Source: a virus
IMG/VR virus record: IMGVR_UViG_3300038312_000193
Length of the DNA: 64,000 bases
Strand: one strand, 5' to 3'
Shown: positions 1 through 9,570 of the stretch, piece after piece
Layout of the letters: every line of letters begins with the position of its first letter
Numbering within the stretch: position 1 is the first letter of the stretch
Notes under the pieces: generated by a model
Database searches by the model: none
Seen by the model: only the letters and a program-made list of their open reading frames with translations
Told to the model about the DNA's origin: nothing
Position numbers and translations under genes: made by a program

Positions 1-383
1 ATTTTTATGTTATTATTATCTGTCATTTGCAATTCATACTCATTAAATTGTTCTTGATATTTATCGTATTTTTCACTAATCATTATATACAGTTCTTTTG
101 CTTTGGTTTTTGATGTAAAAGGTATTTCAAAAACTACTTTTCCATCAAAGTAATGTAATCCTTGCAGTATATACGATCCTCTTTTAGAAGAATCTTTTAT
201 TATGTTAAACATACTTATATTTTTGTTCTGATAGTTAAAACCTTTTACCAAACAATTAACTTTATATCCTGCATGATAAAATGGTTTTGTTCCTGCATAT
301 ATACTTTTACCTTTAATAATATTAATTACTTCTCTAGATATTTCCCTTAATTCCTTTTCAGTAAAAAAATTTAAACCTTCCAT
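1..383 (-). CDS. hypothetical protein, runs off window edge
   Basis: ATG at 383 after AAGGAG, frame open to position 1 (MEGLNFFTEKELREISRE...); absent from ORF track. Confidence 0.7.
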   Translation of the reverse strand, partial: MEGLNFFTEKELREISREVINIIKGKSIYAGTKPFYHAGYKVNCLVKGFNYQNKNISMFNIIKDSSKRGSYILQGLHYFDGKVVFEIPFTSKTKAKELYIMISEKYDKYQEQFNEYELQMTDNNNIK

Positions 384-532
384 TTTTAACACTCCTTCAA
401 TCTCTTTTATTCTTACTTATGCTCCATTTTCCAAAACTTAAATCATGATAAAAAAGTTATTTGGTTTTGTTATATTTAGTATATCATATCCGCAACATGA
501 AAGCAAGTACTAATTTTATATTTTATAAATAA

Positions 533-730
533 TTATGCTACTTTTTTGGTTTTATTGGTCTGTTTGTAATCTGCTATTATATTTACATCCTGGTTCTTTA
601 TCGGATCATGCCATAAATATTTTACTGTTAAGGCACATACACCAATTAATATCCATCCTGCTATGGTATATAAGGTTAATATTGTTGCTGTGTTTATGTA
701 ATCCTGCGTTGTAATTATCATCCCTATCAT
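533..730 (-). CDS. small membrane protein
   Basis: GGAGG RBS; hydrophobic segment ILTLYTIAGWILIGVCALTV. Confidence 0.65.
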   Translation of the reverse strand: MIGMIITTQDYINTATILTLYTIAGWILIGVCALTVKYLWHDPIKNQDVNIIADYKQTNKTKKVA

Positions 731-745
731 TGTATTTATACCTCC

Positions 746-1051
746 TTATATAAATCCTTCCCAGGTTTTAAACCATTCTGAATAATCATAAAGTAAACCA
801 CTTTTGTTATAGCAATTTTTTATTACTATTCTGTTCCAATTTACTTCTCCACTTTTAAATAAGTCTATAGATACCATACAATCAAGAATACATTGACGGT
901 CTTTATAGATTAATAAGGATTGAGGTTTTAATGTGTAATAATCTGCTACAAGTATGGCCTGTTGTAATTCTTCGGGCAGATCATCCCAATTCTCTGTAAT
1001 AGTTTTTAATTGTTCTGTGGGATGTGATAAGTTAATTATTGTTATTGACAT
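746..1051 (-). CDS. hypothetical protein
   Basis: GGAGG RBS, tightly packed in operon. Confidence 0.7.
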   Translation of the reverse strand: MSITIINLSHPTEQLKTITENWDDLPEELQQAILVADYYTLKPQSLLIYKDRQCILDCMVSIDLFKSGEVNWNRIVIKNCYNKSGLLYDYSEWFKTWEGFI

Positions 1052-1054
1052 TTG

Positions 1055-1267
1055 TTATACCTCCATCCGTTTTAATCTTTTTTTAATCAGATTTAATTCA
1101 TCTTGAAAGAATTTAATCTGGTTAGGGTTATTTTCTTCTTGATGATATTTAATTGCTCCCTCAGTATAACCTTTACGATATAATAATTCCTCTTTGCTCA
1201 AACTTTTAACTGTGTTATATGCATATGAATTTTTATATTCAATTTTTTCATAACCTATATCATTCAT
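1055..1267 (-). CDS. hypothetical protein
   Basis: GGAGG RBS before MNDIG. Confidence 0.7.
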   Translation of the reverse strand: MNDIGYEKIEYKNSYAYNTVKSLSKEELLYRKGYTEGAIKYHQEENNPNQIKFFQDELNLIKKRLKRMEV

Positions 1268-1336
1268 TCGATATACCTCCAATATTTTTATATTAAGGTT
1301 TTTGTGCAGAACCTTTAAAACTGCTCTGTTATTGCT

Positions 1337-1735
1337 TTAAAACAACCTTGTATATAATCCTGTTACTGAGGTAAAAATGTCTTCTAACATATCGGCATAA
1401 ACATCTTTGTATTCCTTAATGATTACAATCTCTTCATCATAAATTTTAATTCCCATTGCTTTATACTCTGGTGTTTTACATTCAGGTTTTAAAGTCTTTT
1501 TAATTCTGCTGAATGTCAAGTTATAGAGATCAAGGCCATTAAGTTGTATTTTAAGATACTGAGCCTTTGAATTATTCCTGGTTAGTTTGATGACAAGATA
1601 TACATACCCTAAATCATCATAACCGTAATACTGGAATTTACTGCCTGTCATTATTAAAAACTTACTACCTCCAATTTGTTGAATTATTGTTCTGTAATCA
1701 CCTATTCTAATTTCATTCTGTTCTGTTATTGCCAT
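1337..1735 (-). CDS. hypothetical phage protein
   Basis: AGGAGG RBS before MAITEQ; QQIGG..F..MTG and F...TGLYTRL segments recall a conserved phage family. Confidence 0.75.
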   Translation of the reverse strand: MAITEQNEIRIGDYRTIIQQIGGSKFLIMTGSKFQYYGYDDLGYVYLVIKLTRNNSKAQYLKIQLNGLDLYNLTFSRIKKTLKPECKTPEYKAMGIKIYDEEIVIIKEYKDVYADMLEDIFTSVTGLYTRLF

Positions 1736-1749
1736 TATGTAAAACCTCC

Positions 1750-2193
1750 TTATAATCCCCATTTTGCAATTTCAATTTGTGTATGTTTCCGTAGTAAGTA
1801 ATTAGTACAATCTGTTATTAAACTTTTGAGCCATTTTATCGCCAGTTCTTCATTCCAATCTAATTTTAATTCATAATCTTCAATTTGGTATTCGAGAAAT
1901 TGCAAGGATTTTAAAACCTGTTCTACGGTCTTGTAATCGTCTGTTATTTCTCTTTGCATCATTACCTTATAAATAAAATCATCCTTTGTATATACCTGTT
2001 CTGCCTGATCATCTTTATATCTGTTATTCCATGATTTAACATTCAAGCAATGTAAATAAAATAACTGTTCGGCTCTTTCTTCTGGAAATTCTGTATGTCT
2101 TTGTATAAATTCCATCTCACACATTCTAAACATTTGGATACCGTTTAGTAATCTTGTGTATCCTTTTAAATCATCAATCAAAATAACACTCAT
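1750..2193 (-). CDS. hypothetical protein
   Basis: AGGAGG RBS before MSVIL. Confidence 0.75.
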   Translation of the reverse strand: MSVILIDDLKGYTRLLNGIQMFRMCEMEFIQRHTEFPEERAEQLFYLHCLNVKSWNNRYKDDQAEQVYTKDDFIYKVMMQREITDDYKTVEQVLKSLQFLEYQIEDYELKLDWNEELAIKWLKSLITDCTNYLLRKHTQIEIAKWGL

Positions 2194-2195
2194 TG

Positions 2196-2450
2196 TTATA
2201 CCTCCTTTTCTATCGCCCAATCTGTCCATGAATCTCTTTCAATCACAAATAACTGGTTGTTAATCTTTATCTCTATTCCGTCTTTTAACGGACAATCTGG
2301 TTCACCTGTAAATGTATTCCAATGATTGACATAAACACCTTTTGAATATCTATCATTTATATGTCTACTGTACAATCTGCTTGTATTCTTATCTTTGTAT
2401 ATCTCCCTGCAATAACCTTCTTGGTTTTCGATTTTGATTAAATCTAACAT
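2196..2450 (-). CDS. hypothetical protein
   Basis: AAGGAG RBS before MLDLIK. Confidence 0.7.
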   Translation of the reverse strand: MLDLIKIENQEGYCREIYKDKNTSRLYSRHINDRYSKGVYVNHWNTFTGEPDCPLKDGIEIKINNQLFVIERDSWTDWAIEKEV

Positions 2451-2594
2451 TCGCATACACTCCTTATATACTTTATTTATATTATTAATATGATTAATAT
2501 ATAATAAAATACATACTGTCAACATGTAATTATTTTGATTTTTATACTTCATATTTAAAGGGATGTTACAACATCATAACACCCCTTATAACTT

Positions 2595-3623
2595 CTATGC
2601 TATTTCTTGTTCTCCTTGCACCTGTTCTTGTTTTCCTTGCCATTCTTCAAATAATTCCTGTAATCCATTTAACCTTCCATTAACTCTTTCTTTTTTTGTT
2701 GATCCTGCGCCACAATTATTTTTATAAGCATCTCCTGGTTTACTGTTTTTACTGTACCATGTAATGAAGTTTGTAGATTCATGTTTACTCTTTTGGGTAT
2801 TTAAAAATCCTACCATAGACGTTATGTTAATCTTAGTGCAGAATTTATTATATTTATTGTTAAAGCTATCTGCTATTACTGTAAATAATTCCTCTGTGCG
2901 GTTTAATACTTCATCTGTTATTGTGTTGGTCACAAAGAATTTTTCAACATCCTTTGCTGCAAAGGTACAAAAATCAAGTCCTGATACTAAGATAATTGAT
3001 TGAAGTATAGTCATTTGTTTATCTGATTTCTTTATTGCTCCTGGTGTAAAGTGAGCAACATCGGTAAATAGTTTATGTTCTGTTATCATTCTCTTAACAA
3101 ATTCTCGTACATTTTTCTTAGCTGATACTAAAGCAAGATGCTCTTTACTTACGACTTTACCATTATTCAAACGATAAAAAATATCATTTACGATTGATTC
3201 TTCATCATCATTATCGTCAAGTTCGATAAGTTTAAAGGCCAACATGAAACTTTTGATTTCATCCTGCACTTCTTCTGGTAGTTCTGAAAATTTCTTACCA
3301 GAGATATTGAATTTTTCACCTGTAGATTCAAGTTTGATTTGTGGGAGTTCTGTAAGCTGCCATTCATCGTTAATAAAAGAGTGAATAATAGTAAGACGTT
3401 GGAGGCCATCAATAATACTGTAAGTATTCCCTGATTCTTGTTTCTCTTGTATGGCATAAATATCAGGCACAAACATTTCTAAAATAGAATGGATTAACAA
3501 TGACTTATCTTCATTTTTCCATTGTCCTGCTGGTCTTTGCACAGGATTATCAAAAACTATAGTTCCTTTATTAATCATTGTGCTAACCTGCTTTACTGAC
3601 CATGATAAACTTTTTCTTTGCAT
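2595..3623 (-). CDS. DUF262 (ParB/Srx-like, GmrS N-terminal) domain protein
   Basis: QR..W, LIHSIL, IIDGLQRLT and IFYRLNNG motifs; own promoter. Confidence 0.85.
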   Translation of the reverse strand: MQRKSLSWSVKQVSTMINKGTIVFDNPVQRPAGQWKNEDKSLLIHSILEMFVPDIYAIQEKQESGNTYSIIDGLQRLTIIHSFINDEWQLTELPQIKLESTGEKFNISGKKFSELPEEVQDEIKSFMLAFKLIELDDNDDEESIVNDIFYRLNNGKVVSKEHLALVSAKKNVREFVKRMITEHKLFTDVAHFTPGAIKKSDKQMTILQSIILVSGLDFCTFAAKDVEKFFVTNTITDEVLNRTEELFTVIADSFNNKYNKFCTKINITSMVGFLNTQKSKHESTNFITWYSKNSKPGDAYKNNCGAGSTKKERVNGRLNGLQELFEEWQGKQEQVQGEQEIA

Positions 3624-3662
3624 TCCGAACAACTCCTTTTAATTAATTTCTATCTTATGTTT

Positions 3663-3691
3663 ATTTTATACCTTTGGTTTCATGTTGTCAA
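3663..3691 (-). promoter_or_regulatory. sigma-A promoter
   Basis: TTGACA-17-TAAAAT. Confidence 0.75.
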
Positions 3692-3722
3692 CATTAAAAT
3701 AAGAATAAACGATAATTATTTT

Positions 3723-3932
3723 TTATCCTGTTGGTTCAAGATCATGCGAAATACACCAGGAACAAAATACATCTATATTAGTTCCTATTCCTTGTTGCTG
3801 TCTTACTTGTTGGTAATTATTCCAATCACAATACCAACTACCAGCTTTGTAATAGGTCTTAATTCCGTTTACATAGCGGATTTTTAGATTACTAGTTGAC
3901 TTTGTTTTGTTGCTCTTGTTTTTTGTTCTCAT
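3723..3932 (-). CDS. hypothetical protein
   Basis: AAGGAG RBS. Confidence 0.55.
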   Translation of the reverse strand: MRTKNKSNKTKSTSNLKIRYVNGIKTYYKAGSWYCDWNNYQQVRQQQGIGTNIDVFCSWCISHDLEPTG

Positions 3933-4030
3933 TTTATACATCTCCTTTTTATTTTTTGTATTTTAATCCTTCTTAATATGTCGGCTCTGTCATTGTCGGC
4001 ACATTAAGCAGGATTAAACCTGCTTATAAT

Positions 4031-4231
4031 TTATATTATTGTTATGTCAAAATTCCACTCAATACAATCCTTTGTTAAATATCCATTAATATGATCTCCT
4101 TCTCTTCCTGTTAATTTCCAGCCTATTTGTTTAAAAAACTCATAGTATTTATAAAAATATTCATTATTTGACTTTTTAAATATTTCCCATTTTTTACCGT
4201 TTGCTTTATCTGTAATAGTTTTAATCAACAT
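4031..4231 (-). CDS. hypothetical protein
   Basis: GAGGAGG RBS. Confidence 0.7.
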   Translation of the reverse strand: MLIKTITDKANGKKWEIFKKSNNEYFYKYYEFFKQIGWKLTGREGDHINGYLTKDCIEWNFDITII

Positions 4232-4279
4232 TTTTTAACCTCCTCTTATAACTCGTTACCTAATTGTCATTTGGTTTAA

Positions 4280-4570
4280 TTATATTATTTGTTTTGCTAA
4301 TGTTTCCGTTAATGGGAATCTAACTTGCTTAAATACATTGTCGTAAAACCTTGGATAATTAATATAGTCTGGAATAATCTCGCTACCATCAGGTAATAAA
4401 ACTGATTGACTATAACTGCCCAATGACTTGATGCATTCCTCAATGCTGTTATAGACTTTTATACAATCAAAAGTATTGTGTTCAATCTCATAGGGTGATC
4501 TGTTATTCCATGCCCAATCATTAATTTCTCTGATCCGCATTTTACCATCATAAAAAGCTTGATAATGCAT
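4280..4570 (-). CDS. hypothetical protein
   Basis: AGGAAGG RBS. Confidence 0.7.
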   Translation of the reverse strand: MHYQAFYDGKMRIREINDWAWNNRSPYEIEHNTFDCIKVYNSIEECIKSLGSYSQSVLLPDGSEIIPDYINYPRFYDNVFKQVRFPLTETLAKQII

Positions 4571-4836
4571 TATTATCCTTCCTTTCCTTCTCCTAAAATT
4601 TTACTGTACATGAAATTTGCTTTCTATCATGTTATTTTAATGTAATTAATGCCATTCGATTAAGATCAATTGTTAATATATTGAAATGATCTAGTTTTTT
4701 AATTAAATCTGCATCATACCAGATAGGTTCTCCGTTTTCTTCAATCTCTTTTGTTATTCTGTTAATCCAATATTGCTTATTAAATACTTTAGTTTTCAAT
4801 TTGTTCAACTCCTTATTTGTTTAATTCGTTATATTG

Positions 4837-4865
4837 ATTATAAACCCTGCTATTCATATTGTCAA
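4837..4865 (-). promoter_or_regulatory. sigma-A promoter
   Basis: consensus TTGACA-17-TATAAT. Confidence 0.8.
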
Positions 4866-4992
4866 TATGATTTTGCTACTATCTTTATATTTTTTATTTA
4901 ATTCTCTGAAAAATAAATGCCATTATTCAGGCATTCACAAAACGGCAAATAGTCATAAAATCAATCTTTTGTAATGTTCGGGAATTGTTCTG

Positions 4993-5391
4993 TTATGCTG
5001 ATTTATTACTTATATATTGATAATATTTATCTGGTAATTTTACCATTAATAATAACCTGTTTGTTATTTGTCTATGCTTTTTGCAATGTCTCCATTGTTC
5101 TATATGTGCTAATTCGTGACAGATTACTTCTTCTAATGTTTGACCGTTTAATTCCCATGTGCTGGTAATACTATCTAAAATAAAGTATGTATAGCATTCA
5201 TGGACAAAAAATTCATCAATTGTTATATGGTAAATATCAAATTGGTTTCTCCAACATATTCCTAATGATTCTTTTGATTTGCCTTTTAAAGTGCTATGAT
5301 CCATAATTGTTATATTAATATCCATAGTGCATTCGATTTGAGTTAATGTTTTTTGTACTGTTTGATCAAAATATTCTTGCTCTGTTATCAT
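4993..5391 (-). CDS. SprT-like HExxH zinc metalloprotein
   Basis: VICHELAH followed by H...H; AGGAGG RBS. Confidence 0.7.
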   Translation of the reverse strand: MITEQEYFDQTVQKTLTQIECTMDINITIMDHSTLKGKSKESLGICWRNQFDIYHITIDEFFVHECYTYFILDSITSTWELNGQTLEEVICHELAHIEQWRHCKKHRQITNRLLLMVKLPDKYYQYISNKSA

Positions 5392-5635
5392 GCTTTTATA
5401 CCTCCTTTCTTTATAATATCATATTCCTGCTATACTGTTATGCTGTTTTACTTAATAATTTCCGTAGTTCTTGTTCTGTTATTTGATGTTGCACAAATAA
5501 GGTTATTAATTTAGTTTTCGTCAATGTAGCATTACCTCCTTCCTGCTGTTATTGTATTTAATTCCTTTTTAGAGTGCTAAACTGTTATTGTTATTTATAT
5601 TATGTATATGTTTAGCACTCAGGAAAAGAATTAAA

Positions 5636-6007
5636 TTATATTGCTAATCTTTGTTTAATCTCCTGCTCTTTTTCAAATCCTGTTATGTCAATTTCTCCTG
5701 ATTTAATACTGTTTTTTAAATCTCTGATAGCACACGGACAAAAACCTTTTTTATTAAATGTTTCATTTTTTACTTCTTGCCAGAATTTTTTATCTTCCAT
5801 TCTTTTCTTTTCCTTAATTGTTTTGATTCTATTATTAAATTGATTTAAAGTATTTTCTAGTGCTGAGTCAGCCTTTTCTATTCCGTATTCTTCTAATACT
5901 TTATTGTATCGGTTTATTACCTCTTCTTTTGTGATTCCTGTTAGTTCGGCTGTTATTGCTGTTTTAACTATTTGATCAACCAATTTGTTAAATTGTTTTT
6001 CTAACAT
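5636..6007 (-). CDS. hypothetical protein
   Basis: AGGAGG RBS. Confidence 0.7.
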   Translation of the reverse strand: MLEKQFNKLVDQIVKTAITAELTGITKEEVINRYNKVLEEYGIEKADSALENTLNQFNNRIKTIKEKKRMEDKKFWQEVKNETFNKKGFCPCAIRDLKNSIKSGEIDITGFEKEQEIKQRLAI

Positions 6008-6028
6008 CTTTTATTATTCCTCCTTTTA

Positions 6029-6409
6029 TTATGCTATTTCACTTTTATATTGTATTCTGTTTATTAGATCATTACATAGTTCTGTTATAGCATTGGCCTG
6101 TTTTTCACTCTCCGCATTAAAAGGTATTTCGTCTTTTATTAATTCTAAACTGTTAATGTTATACTCAAAAATGTATTCTGGCATACAGTAGGATATTGTC
6201 TCAGCTAACATATTAAATCTTCCCAGGATAACAGGGTATTCTTGCCAATCAATATTATTTTCAATTTGTATTATATCCTTTGTAGAGATTAAACCAGATA
6301 GCATATTTTTTGCTACTCTGACCATTTCTTTTTCTACTATATTGTTTTTATATGCCTGATAATAATATGAGTAATTACTAAGTAATTGATCTTTTTCTTT
6401 TTTGTTCAT
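6029..6409 (-). CDS. hypothetical protein
   Basis: GGAGG RBS. Confidence 0.7.
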   Translation of the reverse strand: MNKKEKDQLLSNYSYYYQAYKNNIVEKEMVRVAKNMLSGLISTKDIIQIENNIDWQEYPVILGRFNMLAETISYCMPEYIFEYNINSLELIKDEIPFNAESEKQANAITELCNDLINRIQYKSEIA

Positions 6410-6462
6410 CCTGTTATACCTCCAATCTATTTATTGATCCAATCGGTTATTTGGTGTTATTG

Positions 6463-6666
6463 TTATACTAATTCTAAAAAATCAATTTTAATATTTCGAG
6501 TAACACCATTTACTTTTACTTTAGCAATATTACCAGATTCTTTTGTATTTATTGCCATTACTTTTCCTTTTTCAATTGGTACTAATTTGATTACAGGATC
6601 AAACTTTTTAACTCTGTTATTATATTTTTCATTAGTCTTTACGGTATCACCTATTTTAATATTCAT
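6463..6666 (-). CDS. small beta-rich (KOW/SH3-like) protein
   Basis: IKIGDTVK...GKV pattern; AGGAGG RBS. Confidence 0.6.
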   Translation of the reverse strand: MNIKIGDTVKTNEKYNNRVKKFDPVIKLVPIEKGKVMAINTKESGNIAKVKVNGVTRNIKIDFLELV

Positions 6667-6881
6667 TTCGTTACCTCCTTCTGTTATTTGTTTTTAAATT
6701 GCATGTAGTCATTAATATCTAGCAAGCTGTAAACATAACCTAATAAACTGTTATGCTTATATATTGCGTATGTTTTTTCGTTTTGATCGTATATTAAGGT
6801 TATGTTATGCTTATTTTCGTAGTGTTTAATTGCTTGGTGTTTACTCATTTTTATTAACCTCCTTCTGTTATTCTGTTATTA

Positions 6882-6910
6882 ATTTTATCATATCAGTAAT
6901 ATGATAGCAA
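6882..6910 (-). promoter_or_regulatory. sigma-A promoter
   Basis: TTGCTA-17-TAAAAT with extended TG. Confidence 0.65.
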
Positions 6911-6936
6911 GATAAATTTATTTTGTTGTTATAGTG

Positions 6937-7278
6937 TTATGCTGTTAATAAATCGTTATATCTTACTACTCCTTTTATATAGCTCCCGATATCTCTAATT
7001 TTAGCAGGTAAATAATATGGCAATTCTTTTTGTTGCAATGTTTTATTGAGGTTATACCATTTTATAAAATAGTTATGTTGATATTCGGTGAATGATTTTA
7101 TTAGTTTTTGTATTTCTTCAATTGTGAGTGATCCTTCATATTTTCCGTATATGCTGTTATTGTTTATTAATTTGTCAAGTGATACATATAATTCGTTAAT
7201 TTTATAACAATAGTCTTTTATTTGTTCTTCAAGTAAAAACATATACTGGTTATAGTCTGATTCTGTTATTTCTATCAT
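6937..7278 (-). CDS. hypothetical protein
   Basis: GAGGTG RBS. Confidence 0.7.
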   Translation of the reverse strand: MIEITESDYNQYMFLLEEQIKDYCYKINELYVSLDKLINNNSIYGKYEGSLTIEEIQKLIKSFTEYQHNYFIKWYNLNKTLQQKELPYYLPAKIRDIGSYIKGVVRYNDLLTA

Positions 7279-7370
7279 ATTGTTATCACCTCTTTTCTGT
7301 TATAGTTTATTATAATCCTTTATAAATAGCACTACAATTTATTTTATTACTGTAATGCTATCTAAAAAAA

Positions 7371-7565
7371 TTATAATTCCGTATGTAGTAATAACCTAGC
7401 AGGATCAAGACGGTTAAATATATCCTGCACATTAACCATGTTGTCGCTGTTATAAAATTTTTCAGATTGTAAATACTGGTATAGTTCTGTTATTAGTTCG
7501 GCTGATTCTGTTATACGGTTTTTTAGTTCCTGGTTATCTTCCTGTAATTGTTTAATATAATTCAT
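7371..7565 (-). CDS. hypothetical protein
   Basis: AGGAGG RBS. Confidence 0.7.
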   Translation of the reverse strand: MNYIKQLQEDNQELKNRITESAELITELYQYLQSEKFYNSDNMVNVQDIFNRLDPARLLLHTEL

Positions 7566-7584
7566 CGTGTTACCTCCTGTTATT

Positions 7585-7836
7585 TTAGTTTTCTATAAAC
7601 TCTACTAAATGTAAGCCTTGATGCCAATTATATTTTGATATCTGACCACTAAAAATATTATAATCAGCATCGACAAACAAGGTAATACCATTTACATCTT
7701 TTTTTATTTCTTCCCGATATGGCTTGATATATGTTTTGCCTAATAGATGATGTGTATCACCTGTTATGTCGTAAACATCCGCAAATAAACCATTATCAGT
7801 TAATACGCTTGCTTTAATATCAGTAATATTAATCAT
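7585..7836 (-). CDS. hypothetical protein
   Basis: AGGAGG RBS. Confidence 0.7.
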   Translation of the reverse strand: MINITDIKASVLTDNGLFADVYDITGDTHHLLGKTYIKPYREEIKKDVNGITLFVDADYNIFSGQISKYNWHQGLHLVEFIEN

Positions 7837-7847
7837 TCTGTTACCTC

Positions 7848-8066
7848 CTATTTATGTAATATAATTTTATTTTGTTGTTCCCAACCTTTTAACCAGTTAT
7901 TTGTTATTTGTTCTTTTAATTCGGGAAATGTACTCCATAACCATTGACAACATGTGTCAAGTGCTGGTTGCCGATATCCTGCCTTACACCTGTAATTTTT
8001 ACCACAAATAAAAGCAATATTTTCTGCTTGATTTTTAGTGGTTTTTAAAAGTGATTGATAATTCAT
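7848..8066 (-). CDS. hypothetical protein
   Basis: GGAGG RBS. Confidence 0.7.
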   Translation of the reverse strand: MNYQSLLKTTKNQAENIAFICGKNYRCKAGYRQPALDTCCQWLWSTFPELKEQITNNWLKGWEQQNKIILHK

Positions 8067-8080
8067 TATATTACCTCCTA

Positions 8081-8452
8081 TTATAATTTTACTGCTATAG
8101 TTCCATTACGAACCCAACAATCCGAATTGCCTATAACTGTTACTATTGTTATAGTTCTGTATGTTATATTGCAGACTACGCTAAAATTATTTTGTTTGTC
8201 CATGATGAAAATATCACGGTTAGAACCACTGTAATCTGTTATGGTTTTTTGGCCTAATGATAGGATTGATCCTGTTACCTGATACAAGTCAATTTGTCTT
8301 TCTTGTAGTCGCTGTTCTGCGTGATTTGTTAAGCGAATAGAGTAGGTTTTGTTTTGGATTGTAAATGACAATATCATTATTCCTGGTTTCCTCCTTCTGC
8401 TACTGTTATGGGAATTATAGGATTTTTGGGTAATGGTACTATTATTATACAT
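8081..8452 (-). CDS. DUF4258-like protein
   Basis: LTNHAEQRLQERQI motif and terminal IVTV strand. Confidence 0.6.
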   Translation of the reverse strand: MYNNSTITQKSYNSHNSSRRRKPGIMILSFTIQNKTYSIRLTNHAEQRLQERQIDLYQVTGSILSLGQKTITDYSGSNRDIFIMDKQNNFSVVCNITYRTITIVTVIGNSDCWVRNGTIAVKL

Positions 8453-8576
8453 TGTTTCACCTCCTTGTATGTTAATAAATCCTTTATTGAGTGCTATATA
8501 TTTTAATTATATTACTGTTATACTGTTATGCTTTTATTAGCACTCTAAAAAGATTTAATTATATTGTTATTGTGTA

Positions 8577-8855
8577 TTATGCCTCTACTAATTCAAAATG
8601 ATGTCCACTATATCCTTTATCTAAAATACTAACAGAATATAATTTGCCAGTTTTACATGGTGGCAGGTTATAATTTGGATATTGTACATGATCATGTGGT
8701 GGAAAATAAGCAAAATTGTCTTTTGTGGCCTTCAACATTATTTTTTTACCGTTGTTGTTCTCATGTTGGTATACTACCTTGGAATTTTCAACGTGTGCAG
8801 TTTCAAATACTTCATGAGGTTTGTTATTCATGCCTAGATAAATTATTTTTTTCAT
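8577..8855 (-). CDS. hypothetical protein
   Basis: AGGAGG RBS. Confidence 0.7.
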   Translation of the reverse strand: MKKIIYLGMNNKPHEVFETAHVENSKVVYQHENNNGKKIMLKATKDNFAYFPPHDHVQYPNYNLPPCKTGKLYSVSILDKGYSGHHFELVEA

Positions 8856-8980
8856 TATTTGATCCTCCTATACTTCTATTATTTTACTTCTCTGTTATAG
8901 TTTTTAGAGGTTATGTTAATACCCTCTATAGAGCCATCATTTTATATTACCATTTTATGATGACTCTAACAAGGTACTAA

Positions 8981-9487
8981 TTATGCTATTGCTTGTCTTT
9001 GTTCTCTTTCATCTCTGTTAACCATTTCGCTACCATATAAATTGCGAATTTCTTCTATAGTTAATTCTTTTTTGGATTTTTTGCGGAAAGTTCCAGGTTT
9101 CCAGTACCAAGCTAATTTTTTGCCTGAGAAGGTGAAACCTAACTCTTTTAATATGTCTTTATGTTGTTTGGTTTCGCCTGTTATCCAAAGCCATGTGCCA
9201 CAAAGTTCTATTGTTATTCCTTCAAGGTTTATTATTTTGTCTATGATTTCTCTGTATCCATCAAAAGGATCGAAATTTTGTGTATACTCTTTTTTGGTTT
9301 CATGGTTGTAACCTGTAAAAGTTTTGTTCTTGAATGCTTCATACTGTAGGTTAATCTGCTTCATTGTTTCGGTGGTATCATTGTCATGGTTATGGTCTGG
9401 ATGAAATTTTTGTGCAAGTTCTCTGTAACGTTTTTTAATTTCCTCTATTGAGTTACAATCGGAAAAATAGTTTAACATTTTTATCAA
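8981..9487 (-). CDS. J-domain (DnaJ-like) protein
   Basis: IKKRYRELAQKFHPD, HPD motif. Confidence 0.85.
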   Translation of the reverse strand: MIKMLNYFSDCNSIEEIKKRYRELAQKFHPDHNHDNDTTETMKQINLQYEAFKNKTFTGYNHETKKEYTQNFDPFDGYREIIDKIINLEGITIELCGTWLWITGETKQHKDILKELGFTFSGKKLAWYWKPGTFRKKSKKELTIEEIRNLYGSEMVNRDEREQRQAIA

Positions 9488-9570
9488 TCCTTCCTTATGT
9501 TTATTTTATTGGTTTAATATCCTCTATAGAATACATTAACTGTTATATGCTAATGTATTCTAACAAGATA

